Below, piece after piece: positions 49,407-57,914 of a DNA stretch of 64,000 nucleotides. Source of the DNA: Nanobdellota archaeon (GTDB lineage: Archaea > Nanobdellota > Nanobdellia > Parvarchaeales > Parvarchaeaceae); the NCBI GenBank assembly GCA_021791655.1, contig JAJYWD010000001.1, forward strand, positions 32,655 to 96,654. Direction: 5' to 3'. Position 1 is the first letter of the stretch. Each line of letters opens with the position of its first letter. The translations under genes and the position numbers were made by a program. Below the pieces are notes generated by a model, which saw only the letters and a program-made list of their open reading frames with translations, made no database searches and was not told the DNA's origin.

Positions 49407-50869
49407 AAGTATATCTGATTTCTGCCTAGGAATGAAGTGGATCCCGTGTATAGACCCCCCAACGTCGTAATATAATTAAATATCCCCTCTGCGCACTGCT
49501 GCAAGCCGCTCGATGTAAGTAATGCTGTGCTTATTGCGTTTAGTATTGGGGGTATGATATATTGATTACATGGTTGATTAGAGGCGCAAGCTGCCGTAGC
49601 AAAACCACCCGCTACTGATGCGAGTGCGACTTTTCCCATTATAACTCCGCTATCACCAGTACCGCCTACGCCCAAAACTGCACCACTATAAACGATTATT
49701 GCTCTTGTGCACTCATCTCTTATGGAGTTAGTTGGATAGTTATTGAAAAACGTCTGCGGTGTGCACTCTTGCGGTAAAGAGACGGTCGCAGGTGGGAATC
49801 TAGTATTTGTGAACGAATTCATATAGACTAAATAAAGATCTGCGTGACTTATGCTCTGAGAAGAATTAATCCGACTGAAGTTCGATATGCCACTAGTCTT
49901 GTTTTTATAGCTGTATATGAGATCAAGGCCGGGCTTTAGGTAATTGAAATAGCTTTCATTTTCTATTGCGGTCGGATTTACCGATTCTGTGAGGAGACAA
50001 GACGGGGGCGATTGATAAGAGTCTATTGTGGGATTGTAATCCACCGTACAATTGTATACGCCTTCCGGGTTTTTAGTGCAGAAATTTTGATAGCTCTGCG
50101 TGCACGCGTCTATTTTATTATCGGTCGTGTTTACGCAGGATTGCTGTGAATCATTGAAATAGCACCCCTGCGACGGCTCGCACAGCTCTGTGGACATGTT
50201 TAGGCTGGCCGAGGGATTCGCCCCAGTGAGAGGGATGTGCGTAGTAACGTATCCTTGGTACACATTGTTATAATTCGGTTGCGTCTTGCAGATTGAATAA
50301 TTCAACTCAGTTTTTTGGCAAAGCGTAGGCGTATTGGTGTCGCACACGAAACCCTGCTGGTAGTTTGGACAGGCCTGTTGCGGCGTGTACCCTGTGCAAC
50401 TTATGTGCGAACTAAAGGTGCTGTCTTCCAGGTATTTGGTCAAATTATTGAATGTGATGTTCGTATTTGTGTTTATAGACAATACGCTGCAAAGTCGGGG
50501 CTGTGCGCTGACGACTAGGCTTTGGTTCGCCCCAAACTGGTACCAGCACGTCGATAATGCGGTGGTTATGCCCCCCAATGTCTGGGCCGGAGAGCTCTGG
50601 GAATCATAGTTTAGCGTTGATGTGCTACATCCCAACAGAGGAGGGACCAATCCAAGATTAGAAAGGGAAGAAGACAGGCAGAAGAATTGCGGCACTACGC
50701 ACAGATCTTGATAGAAGAAATTACGCACGTTGGAGCTGACGAAACAAGCGGAACCCGAAGCGAATCCGAAGCCGAGTATCAAAAAGTAGCCGAAAACTAC
50801 TATTATAACGAACGCTATGACCGCAAATAGTATGAGTAGTGCAGCCTTCTCCAAGCCGGTTTGAGCCAT
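49388..50869 (-). CDS. Cys-rich pilin-like surface protein (24 Cys)
   Basis: MA|QTGLEKAALLILFAV... N-terminal TM helix, many N-x-S/T sequons, Gly/Ala-rich hydrophobic segment near the C-terminus. Confidence 0.75.
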   Translation of the reverse strand: MAQTGLEKAALLILFAVIAFVIIVVFGYFLILGFGFASGSACFVSSNVRNFFYQDLCVVPQFFCLSSSLSNLGLVPPLLGCSTSTLNYDSQSSPAQTLGGITTALSTCWYQFGANQSLVVSAQPRLCSVLSINTNTNITFNNLTKYLEDSTFSSHISCTGYTPQQACPNYQQGFVCDTNTPTLCQKTELNYSICKTQPNYNNVYQGYVTTHIPLTGANPSASLNMSTELCEPSQGCYFNDSQQSCVNTTDNKIDACTQSYQNFCTKNPEGVYNCTVDYNPTIDSYQSPPSCLLTESVNPTAIENESYFNYLKPGLDLIYSYKNKTSGISNFSRINSSQSISHADLYLVYMNSFTNTRFPPATVSLPQECTPQTFFNNYPTNSIRDECTRAIIVYSGAVLGVGGTGDSGVIMGKVALASVAGGFATAACASNQPCNQYIIPPILNAISTALLTSSGLQQCAEGIFNYITTLGGLYTGSTSFLGRNQIYLCAETS

Positions 50870-50940
50870 ACCTCATATCCACACGGATAATTAAAATACT
50901 TTAGATTGCTAAAAGTGCCAACTGAATGGCAACTAAAACC

Positions 50941-52185
50941 TTAGCACGTGGCTAGATTGTTCCCGCTGCTCTGTACCGTTAAGGAGCCAGCAGGAGAATT
51001 TGTCGTTTCGTTCGGGTATTCTCCACTGACACTCGAACAGAAATAGCCGTTGGAATTCGTCGTGGCAGTTACTACCTGTTTCTGATAGCTTCCGCTATTT
51101 GGAAAGGATATGCTTATTGTTTGGCCGCTTGCCGGCACGCCGTTGTATAAAAGGGTGCCGTTTGCATACGTATAAGGACACAGCGCCCTCGGAGAGCAGT
51201 TGTGGAACCATTCCTTAGCGCTCGATACAACGTATCCAGAAGCGGTCGAGACAGTGGAATTTGTTACGCACACGAACACTCTGTCCTGCCCAACTGTCAT
51301 TGCATTTATAAGATACCCGCAGAACGATACAAAGTAAGCGTTCTGGCACACTTGCTGTGGGTTGGTAGAGCTTCCACCGAGTGCGAATTCGCCGTTTGTA
51401 AGCGAACTCACCGGCTCGTAGGCTTGGCTCACGGTGCTATTGCCAAAAGAACATGAGGAGTCTGGTACGGATGGCTGGCCGTACTGGCTAACGAACTGGC
51501 ACCTCTGGACGAAAGGCACGTAACAGCCGGTAGGTGGCTTGTTGTACGGGTATCCAAAGTAGGCCACCTGATAATTCGAATTGTTATAGACTATCTGGTT
51601 TAAATCAGGGTATGCCGCTGGACGAGGAGTCTGTGCACTCGATCCGTTCGTTATGAATACGATCTGCAGAGGATTTTGTGGTGAGTAATAATTCTGGTCT
51701 ATGTAATTTATGCCGTAAGCGAAAGTGGTTAAGTTGCTGGTCTCATAATTGTAGATCCTTCCCACATAACACGTGAATACGTTATTTAGTTCGTTGCTGC
51801 TTAGTAGGCTTATTCCGGTGCTGTAATCATTTCCTTGGAACAGGTTGAAGCACGACGACGCCTTAGTGTAAAGCTGATTGGCTATATCCGTCGTGCTGTA
51901 CGCGTTGATGTTACTTGTTTGAATGCATGCAGACTGCAGGGATGTCGCTCCGAATCCCGCTGGCGGCACAAGGTTCAGCGTGCTTCCAAAGGAATACAGG
52001 AGGGAAAACGCGGGGTTATTTATTACGCTGTACGCCAGAAAATCGAAATAACATTTTATCCCGAAACTTTGAGCCCCAACCGACGTTCCAAGTACGAAAA
52101 CGAACGTAAACAGGATGACGGCGGCTATGATTATGAGTACCAGCTCCAGAATAACCGATACAGTTGGAAAAGCTATCGCCATCAT
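50941..52185 (-). CDS. Cys-rich membrane-anchored surface protein (14 Cys), probable paralog of 49388-50869
   Basis: N-terminal TM, shared L.LVPP..G..C / C[WF]..F / TF....Y[LI] / G...[IV][YF][LV]C pattern, C-terminal Ig-like tail. Confidence 0.72.
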   Translation of the reverse strand: MMAIAFPTVSVILELVLIIIAAVILFTFVFVLGTSVGAQSFGIKCYFDFLAYSVINNPAFSLLYSFGSTLNLVPPAGFGATSLQSACIQTSNINAYSTTDIANQLYTKASSCFNLFQGNDYSTGISLLSSNELNNVFTCYVGRIYNYETSNLTTFAYGINYIDQNYYSPQNPLQIVFITNGSSAQTPRPAAYPDLNQIVYNNSNYQVAYFGYPYNKPPTGCYVPFVQRCQFVSQYGQPSVPDSSCSFGNSTVSQAYEPVSSLTNGEFALGGSSTNPQQVCQNAYFVSFCGYLINAMTVGQDRVFVCVTNSTVSTASGYVVSSAKEWFHNCSPRALCPYTYANGTLLYNGVPASGQTISISFPNSGSYQKQVVTATTNSNGYFCSSVSGEYPNETTNSPAGSLTVQSSGNNLATC

Positions 52186-52340
52186 CTGCCTCCGAATATG
52201 TTGGATAAAGTCGAAAACGGCGAGGCGCCGTGTATGCTAGCGTAATATACGGCGTAGACTATCAGTATAGCGACAGCCAAGGAAACCAGCACCACTATCA
52301 GCCATATCACTCTCCATTCTAGACTGCCCTTTGGGTTCAT
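52182..52340 (-). CDS. Micro-pilin 5 (52 aa, class III signal peptide)
   Basis: MNPKG|SLEWRVIWLIVVLVSLAVAILIVYAVYYASIHGASPFSTLSNIFGGR; 1 nt after the upstream stop and ATGA overlap downstream; absent from the ORF track. Confidence 0.8.
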   Translation of the reverse strand: MNPKGSLEWRVIWLIVVLVSLAVAILIVYAVYYASIHGASPFSTLSNIFGGR

Positions 52341-52341
52341 A

Positions 52342-52857
52342 TCATTGTCCTGCGCAAGGCGGGCAGAACTTGCTGTCGCCCGCTACGCACGTGGGGATGT
52401 TTATCGCACAGTTCTCTATGTTGGTGGAATTGTCCGCGACTATCGTGCTTTTCTGGCAGCTTTCCAGCGCTGCAGTATTTGCCGGAGAAAGGTCTCTACA
52501 GCCCTGTATGACTTGCGGATATGCAGAAGGGAACTGTATGCAAGTCTGTACGTTCGTTACTTCGGAACCTGGTTGTTTTGATAGATAATAGCACCAGTGG
52601 GTTATGCACGTCTGATTGGCTGTCGCTTGGTCGTAACATGCGTCCGTTAGGTAACACCTGAAAAGAGGCGTGCCTTCCATTCTGTTCGCGTAGCCGTATT
52701 CTGCCTGCGTGAACTGGTTTTCGATTATGTTATTATTGTTACATCCGACGGGGAAGACTGGGGAAAAATCAGCCAGGAATACGTAAAATATCACCACTAT
52801 CACTATAACTGCGAACACTACTCCTATCAGTATGAATTCCTCTACATTCTCCTGCAT
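52342..52857 (-). CDS. Cys-rich pilin-like protein (12 Cys)
   Basis: M|QENVEEFILIGVVFAVIVIVVIFYVF (pilin-like Q1/E5, no basic leader) plus a Cys-rich domain. Confidence 0.7.
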   Translation of the reverse strand: MQENVEEFILIGVVFAVIVIVVIFYVFLADFSPVFPVGCNNNNIIENQFTQAEYGYANRMEGTPLFRCYLTDACYDQATANQTCITHWCYYLSKQPGSEVTNVQTCIQFPSAYPQVIQGCRDLSPANTAALESCQKSTIVADNSTNIENCAINIPTCVAGDSKFCPPCAGQ

Positions 52858-52908
52858 AGAGTTAGATTGAAATACTCGATTAAATCCTTTTTATGTCAGG
52901 CGGTTGGC

Positions 52909-53316
52909 TCACTTTGCAAGGCGGTCGTGCATTACGACCTCATACCACTGGTATTTTCCATTGTCTCCTAGGAAATAGGATCCAAGTATGTCCATGTTCG
53001 GATAGCGTTTTGATGCTCTGTTCTCCGCGATTTTCTTTTTGCTTATGCTTAAATTGTAGTATATACCGGTCTTACTGGGCCTCCTCGCGTGCACCGGTCT
53101 TGCCCTTCTGAAGCTTCCTCGATTCACTCTAACCCGAACTACAATATAACCCCTTTTTGCCTTGTAGCCTATAGATCTCGCTTTGGCGAGTTTTGTTGGC
53201 CCGTCGGGCCTCTCGATGGACGAACTTCGCGCCAGTGCGTATACCAGTTCTCTTTGGCGGTCCTTGTCCTTGTAAATGGACTGCTCGTTCTCACGTATGT
53301 ATTTGAAGGCTCCCAT
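52909..53316 (-). CDS. rpl15e: 50S ribosomal protein eL15 (C-terminally short)
   Basis: MGA.KYI, PT...KAR..GYKAK.G....RVRV.RG, RRP...G, IAE.RA..RYPN and SY.......WYEVV. Confidence 0.93.
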   Translation of the reverse strand: MGAFKYIRENEQSIYKDKDRQRELVYALARSSSIERPDGPTKLAKARSIGYKAKRGYIVVRVRVNRGSFRRARPVHARRPSKTGIYYNLSISKKKIAENRASKRYPNMDILGSYFLGDNGKYQWYEVVMHDRLAK

Positions 53317-53393
53317 AAAAATCTTATAACGTTAACTTTCGCGATACTTACTTTTTAGTGAATTAACATATTTAAGCCTTAATCACAGCGCTT

Positions 53394-53834
53394 TCAGTTG
53401 GTAACCTGTCCTTTTATCGCTATAGTCTGACTGAATGAGCTGTTTGACGGGGTATAGGTAATTATTATTTGTGCGTTGAAATTGGAGGGCAGCGAAACCG
53501 TTAGGTTGCACGAATCTGAATCCAAGGGCGGCATGTACGCCGGCAGTGTGGTTTCGCACGTGAACGCGTTCGAATTCACGCTTCCAGAGACGAATGAAAT
53601 TCCGTCAACGTTTATATTCTCATTCAGCAGATTTTGGAAATCCAGGGAAAACGTGCCGCCAGAGTATCCCTGCGATACTATCTTTAAACCCTGGAATCCG
53701 CTTACCGTGGGTGTGCTATACGGTGAGAACAAAGCTGGGTCAAGCACGAATATTAATGCGACTGCAAAGCCTACTATGAAAAGGACAATTCCATAAATCG
53801 TAAGATACTCGAGTGCGCTTTGACCAATCCTCAT
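53394..53834 (-). CDS. Class III signal-peptide pilin-like protein
   Basis: MRIG|QSALEYLTIYGIVLFIVG... Confidence 0.85.
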   Translation of the reverse strand: MRIGQSALEYLTIYGIVLFIVGFAVALIFVLDPALFSPYSTPTVSGFQGLKIVSQGYSGGTFSLDFQNLLNENINVDGISFVSGSVNSNAFTCETTLPAYMPPLDSDSCNLTVSLPSNFNAQIIITYTPSNSSFSQTIAIKGQVTN

Positions 53835-53880
53835 ATCTTATACAGCACAGCTTCCCAATTAATAAGCCGCGGATAGTTCA

Positions 53881-53963
53881 AGCCTTGGATGGGACTCGAA
53901 CCCACAACCTCCTGCTTTTTCAGATTGTACGAAGCAGACGCTCCGCCATTGAGCTACCAAGGC
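53881..53963 (-). tRNA. tRNA-Thr(CGU) with 11-nt intron at 37/38 (intron 53917-53927)
   Basis: Acceptor GCCTTGG/CCAAGGC, anticodon stem TCTGC/GCAGG, TT-CGT-A followed by CAATCTGAAAA; TTCG pairs with intron TGAA next to a 3-nt bulge (relaxed BHB). Confidence 0.9.
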
Positions 53964-54131
53964 TCAGTTGAACCCCACATTTTTATTGGTATCCTTTCTG
54001 TATACACTCTCATTAGTAGCGTGCTCTAAAGCTTTAAATGATTTTCCGCAGAAAAAACATCTTACGCTGGACGTGGAACTTGTGCGGCGGTACTTCCCGC
54101 ATGCGGGACATCTAACAATATACGTCCTCAT
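53964..54131 (-). CDS. Small zinc-ribbon protein (55 aa)
   Basis: MRTYIVRCPACGKYRRTSSTSSVRCFFCGKSF...; ATGA overlap with minD stop; absent from the ORF track. Confidence 0.75.
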   Translation of the reverse strand: MRTYIVRCPACGKYRRTSSTSSVRCFFCGKSFKALEHATNESVYRKDTNKNVGFN

Positions 54132-54844
54132 ATGCCTCTACGTATAGTGTCCGCTAATTTAAGGAATTCCTTTGATGCCCTGCTCCTAGAATTTAGGTGA
54201 GTGACCGGCATGCCGCTGTTTAGCGCATCCGTCAGTTTATCGTCCTCCGATATCGTACCGATTACATCGCCACCCATAGACAGCACCGCATTTTCCGCAA
54301 GTTTCTGCTTTCGTCTATTAGATCTATTTACGATTATCCCCAGCAATTTTATCGCGTTTTCTCTCAGTTCCTTTGCTAGCTCTTTTGCTTCCAACAAGGA
54401 TGTAAGGTCCGGGTTTACAACTACCACTATCTCTGCATTTGGTATAAGCCTGATAAAGTCGATGTCAGTTGCAGGTCTGGTGTCGATTATCACGAAATCG
54501 TAACTGTTAACGACCCGGCCTATGTGAAAGAACAGGTTTATCAGCTGGTAATTTGCCGCTTTATCGCCCTTTTTCCTGAATACACGCGATGGCAGAATAT
54601 CCAGCCCGTATCGTGTATGGTATATGGCGCGGTCCACCTGTACAATACCATTGAGCACGTCCTGCAGGGCCATTTCGTAGTCATCGAGCCCATAGTGCAC
54701 GGCTATGTGCGAGGTCTCCATATTCGCATCTATAAGAAGCACCCTAGACTTTTTTGTCGCTAGTGCGGATGCTAGATTCGCCGAAACGGTAGTTTTTCCG
54801 ACGCCGCCCTTTCTCGACATTATCACTATTATTCTGGCGACCAT
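54128..54844 (-). CDS. minD: MinD/ParA-family ATPase
   Basis: SRKGGVGKTT deviant Walker A, VLLIDAN, YDFVIIDT, GIIVNR and I.ED. Confidence 0.85.
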   Translation of the reverse strand: MVARIIVIMSRKGGVGKTTVSANLASALATKKSRVLLIDANMETSHIAVHYGLDDYEMALQDVLNGIVQVDRAIYHTRYGLDILPSRVFRKKGDKAANYQLINLFFHIGRVVNSYDFVIIDTRPATDIDFIRLIPNAEIVVVVNPDLTSLLEAKELAKELRENAIKLLGIIVNRSNRRKQKLAENAVLSMGGDVIGTISEDDKLTDALNSGMPVTHLNSRSRASKEFLKLADTIRRGI

Positions 54845-54907
54845 GTCTATTTTATAATTGTTATACTTTATATCTTTGAATCTTGTTAGCTATCCTGAGA
54901 TTAATTT

Positions 54908-55423
54908 ATGGCTGAAATATGTTACAGCTGCGGCAGGTCCGCTTATTTCTATTCACCATATCTTAAGTACAATCTGTGCAAAAAGCACTTTCAGAAGATG
55001 GTGATAAGACGCATACGTTCCGGCTTGATAGCCAGCGGTATAAAAGACAAAAAGTTCAGATTTGCAGCCGATGATTCCTTAGGTTTTAAGCTGAACCGCC
55101 TTATTTTTAAAGAGGATAAAAACTCCGGCACCATGCTGATGAATTGCCTGTTGGAAGATTTCGCTATGGAGACAATAACCTACTTTATATCCGGTTCGGT
55201 CCCTGCGATAAAGATAAAGGGCAAGGGATACGTTAGTCCCCTCTTTTTGATATCAGAGGCAGAGGCTATTAGGTTCGTTGAGAGCAAGAGTGGAAATGTG
55301 GGGCTGGTGCAGAGAAGGGCTCAGGATGCCGTTATTTTTAATCTGCTAACAACCGTGGAAAAGAAAAGGCCGGGTGGCCTCATATCTCTCGTGAAAATGG
55401 GCCAACGAATGGAAATAATCTAA
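54908..55423 (+). CDS. TtuA/Ncs6-like protein lacking the PP-loop
   Basis: N-terminal C..C...A.......LC..HF Zn finger, PL..I.E.E and R......L...E..RPG; no SGGKDS. Confidence 0.55.
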   Translation: MAEICYSCGRSAYFYSPYLKYNLCKKHFQKMVIRRIRSGLIASGIKDKKFRFAADDSLGFKLNRLIFKEDKNSGTMLMNCLLEDFAMETITYFISGSVPAIKIKGKGYVSPLFLISEAEAIRFVESKSGNVGLVQRRAQDAVIFNLLTTVEKKRPGGLISLVKMGQRMEII

Positions 55424-55674
55424 GTGTGCTTTGCTTTATTGTAATATTTTTTGTGTACGGTGTCGCCCCAGCTGAACTTGCCGTGTTCTATTTTTTCTAT
55501 GACTATCAGGTCTCCTCTGGCAAGTGCGGTTTTAAGATAGTGATAAACCAGTCTGCTGGAAAGTCCCTCGTACTTTTCCTTTAGTGCCTTGTAGATCCCA
55601 TACCCGGTGAGCTGTTCACTGCCGACCGTATTTATTATGTCATTCAATAGCTCTTCATTGATTTTTTTAGCCAT
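55420..55674 (-). CDS. Small winged-helix protein
   Basis: LTGYGIYK.L......SSRLVYHYL......G pattern and a wing ending in KKYY. Confidence 0.7.
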   Translation of the reverse strand: MAKKINEELLNDIINTVGSEQLTGYGIYKALKEKYEGLSSRLVYHYLKTALARGDLIVIEKIEHGKFSWGDTVHKKYYNKAKHT

Positions 55675-55675
55675 G

Positions 55676-56185
55676 TTACCCACACTGCGGAGCCGAATTA
55701 TTAATAGATTTGCAGATGTACTCCAGTATTCCGGAGTCTGCAGCGGAAAGGCTAGGGTAGCTGCCTATCTTGGAATAAGCCCCGCCAAAGATAAAGAGCG
55801 GCACGCTGCCACCAGAAGTATTTCGCAGTATACTGAGCGCTTCCGGGGGGATGGAGACGCTGCCGTTCGTGCTGTAGCCGCTCATATTAAACGCATACGC
55901 GCAGAAATAACCGCTGTAAAAGTCCTGTCCGGTCCATATACCGAAAAGAGAGGTGTCGTTTCTGAATGCGGCATATTCGCCAAAGCAGTCTTCACAAGTA
56001 TTGTCATAGTACATCAGCATGGAGGGCTTTCCTAGGCCGCACAGAGACGACGTGTTTATGTTCGCATTGTGCACCGAGTAATAACTGTTTAGATAGCTAA
56101 CGTTCTCGTATAAGACGGCAGAGAACACGGCCAATCCCGCTATCAGGACGATGTAAACGACAATATACGCCTTTGCTCTATACAT
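55676..56185 (-). CDS. Membrane-anchored extracytoplasmic thioredoxin-fold protein
   Basis: N-terminal TM, MLMYY...CEDC, SVPLFIF (cis-Pro loop) and C-terminal IC......APQC. Confidence 0.65.
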   Translation of the reverse strand: MYRAKAYIVVYIVLIAGLAVFSAVLYENVSYLNSYYSVHNANINTSSLCGLGKPSMLMYYDNTCEDCFGEYAAFRNDTSLFGIWTGQDFYSGYFCAYAFNMSGYSTNGSVSIPPEALSILRNTSGGSVPLFIFGGAYSKIGSYPSLSAADSGILEYICKSINNSAPQCG

Positions 56186-57128
56186 AAAACGAAGCGTTTA
56201 CATCCGGCTTCGCGCTGGTACAGTTATTACTAGCAGTATCTATGCAGATGTTTGTTACGTTAGCCCCCAATGTTGAGAACATGTATTTGTATGCGAAGGG
56301 ATCGTACACGTTTTCATTCGGTATGAAATTGAATATGTTAATGGTAGAGTTACACGGCTTTATCTGCGGAAAATAGTAGACTAGGTTCTGGAACGGCCCA
56401 GTTATGTAAATTCCCTTTACGAGAGTACCGTTCGGCATGCTTATTACTTCCTGCTCTAGCTGCGTTATGTTTATAAGTGCGCTTAGCATTGAAGCCGTGC
56501 TATTCGATGTGCTATTGAGTAGGTTTATGTCATCTCGCACGCCGCTTAACAGATTGTATAAATCAGAGCCATTAACCGACTGCACGATGCTACTGTTATA
56601 AAGCGTCTCAAATTCGTATTTTGTGAAATTGTAGAGTTCGGATGTATAAGCATAGTCTGTGTTGTTGATGAAAAGGGAGTATAGCTGCTGCTTAATCGCA
56701 CCGCACGCCGTAGAATTATAAATAGAACATACTGTGTACTCGTTGATCTTTTCATTTATGCTGTTAAGATTGTTGAGTGCGTTCTCTTGCGTCTTGTTGA
56801 GATAATACGAGAGGTTTCCCACCCCCGGCAGTGAGCCGCTCAGGTTAAATACCGGGAGCGGGGTAAATTCTCTATTGCAGTTTACCACCAGATTCTCGGT
56901 ATCCAGATTACCGCTAGAATTGTAGAGGACGAACAGATTTGAGTCGTTGGACAGGTTGTAGTAATCCAGAAAGTCGTTTACCTTTATCGAATTAGCTGAT
57001 AACTGTTTTGTCGTGTTATAAGACGTATTCGTGAAAGATGAAATGTCGCTGGAGTAGACCAAGACGGTTAACACCAAGGCAATCACCAAAAAAATCGCAA
57101 GCGTCAGCGTTTTTCTATCGGTTTTCAT
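56178..57128 (-). CDS. Membrane-anchored Asn-rich secreted protein
   Basis: Basic N-terminus plus TM, dense N-x-S/T sequons, several Cys. Confidence 0.7.
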   Translation of the reverse strand: MKTDRKTLTLAIFLVIALVLTVLVYSSDISSFTNTSYNTTKQLSANSIKVNDFLDYYNLSNDSNLFVLYNSSGNLDTENLVVNCNREFTPLPVFNLSGSLPGVGNLSYYLNKTQENALNNLNSINEKINEYTVCSIYNSTACGAIKQQLYSLFINNTDYAYTSELYNFTKYEFETLYNSSIVQSVNGSDLYNLLSGVRDDINLLNSTSNSTASMLSALINITQLEQEVISMPNGTLVKGIYITGPFQNLVYYFPQIKPCNSTINIFNFIPNENVYDPFAYKYMFSTLGANVTNICIDTASNNCTSAKPDVNASFYV

Positions 57129-57913
57129 ACGCTTAATCTTTCTCTTAGGGCCTTTGCGAGCAACTCCGGTTCTGTGTTTATAGTTCTTATGCCGAGTATT
57201 TCCATATTTGAAACATCTCTTCCATATAGTTTTACCGTGAAGTGTCCATACTCCCTTTCTACGAGTGCAATCGTTTCGAATTTACCGGCATTCAGCAATC
57301 TTTTTATTAGTCCCGCAAGATCAAATGATAGCACAGAATCCATGTCTCCGATCTTCAGGTGCTTGATTGGGGCTATCTCCACCTCTATTTCTTGATGCGG
57401 AGAGTAAGGGACAAAAGCCACGAAATTTTCCGTCTTTTTTATCTCCCTGTTCGCTGTGTTTTTCGTGTTCTGACACACCCGGCAGGTGCCGCCGTTTAAG
57501 TGTGGAATTTCGGTGATCGTAATATCGAAGTACCCGTGTCCGCCGACTCTTCTGGATATCACCAAGTTTTTGCCAAATTCATACGCAGACAATGAATTTG
57601 TCCTGTCCTTTATCAGCATTAGCAGGTCGGATAGGTCCTCAGCAGAATAAACCGACAGTCTGTCGCGGTGATCGTCATTTTCTACAAGTATCTCTTCGTA
57701 TCCATCTGCGTTAGAGTGCTTGAAAGTGTCGCCTTCGAGAGCGTACTTTGACGGCTGTATACTGTCCTTTATGTCATAAACTTTCAGCTTTGCTCTTGCA
57801 GCTTCCAGTACAATCGGAGCTTCCTTAGGGTGGTCGCACGCCTTGCAGTTTTTCTCTTTACCTGCCACAAGTGCAAACGAAAGATCCGAATTATCCAGTC
57901 TAAATTCGTTCAT
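57125..57913 (-). CDS. Degenerate GalT/HIT-fold protein
   Basis: E.R.D N-terminus, CKAC, GY.E.LVE...H, CRVC and FVAFVPY.P....E..IAP..H; HPH catalytic motif absent. Confidence 0.55.
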   Translation of the reverse strand: MNEFRLDNSDLSFALVAGKEKNCKACDHPKEAPIVLEAARAKLKVYDIKDSIQPSKYALEGDTFKHSNADGYEEILVENDDHRDRLSVYSAEDLSDLLMLIKDRTNSLSAYEFGKNLVISRRVGGHGYFDITITEIPHLNGGTCRVCQNTKNTANREIKKTENFVAFVPYSPHQEIEVEIAPIKHLKIGDMDSVLSFDLAGLIKRLLNAGKFETIALVEREYGHFTVKLYGRDVSNMEILGIRTINTEPELLAKALRERLSV

Positions 57914-57914
57914 A

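Noticed and set aside
53382..53394. 13-mer ATCACAGCGCTTT repeated at 63466-63478
   Set aside because: Many 13-mer coincidences are expected by chance in 64 kb, and there is no extended similarity.
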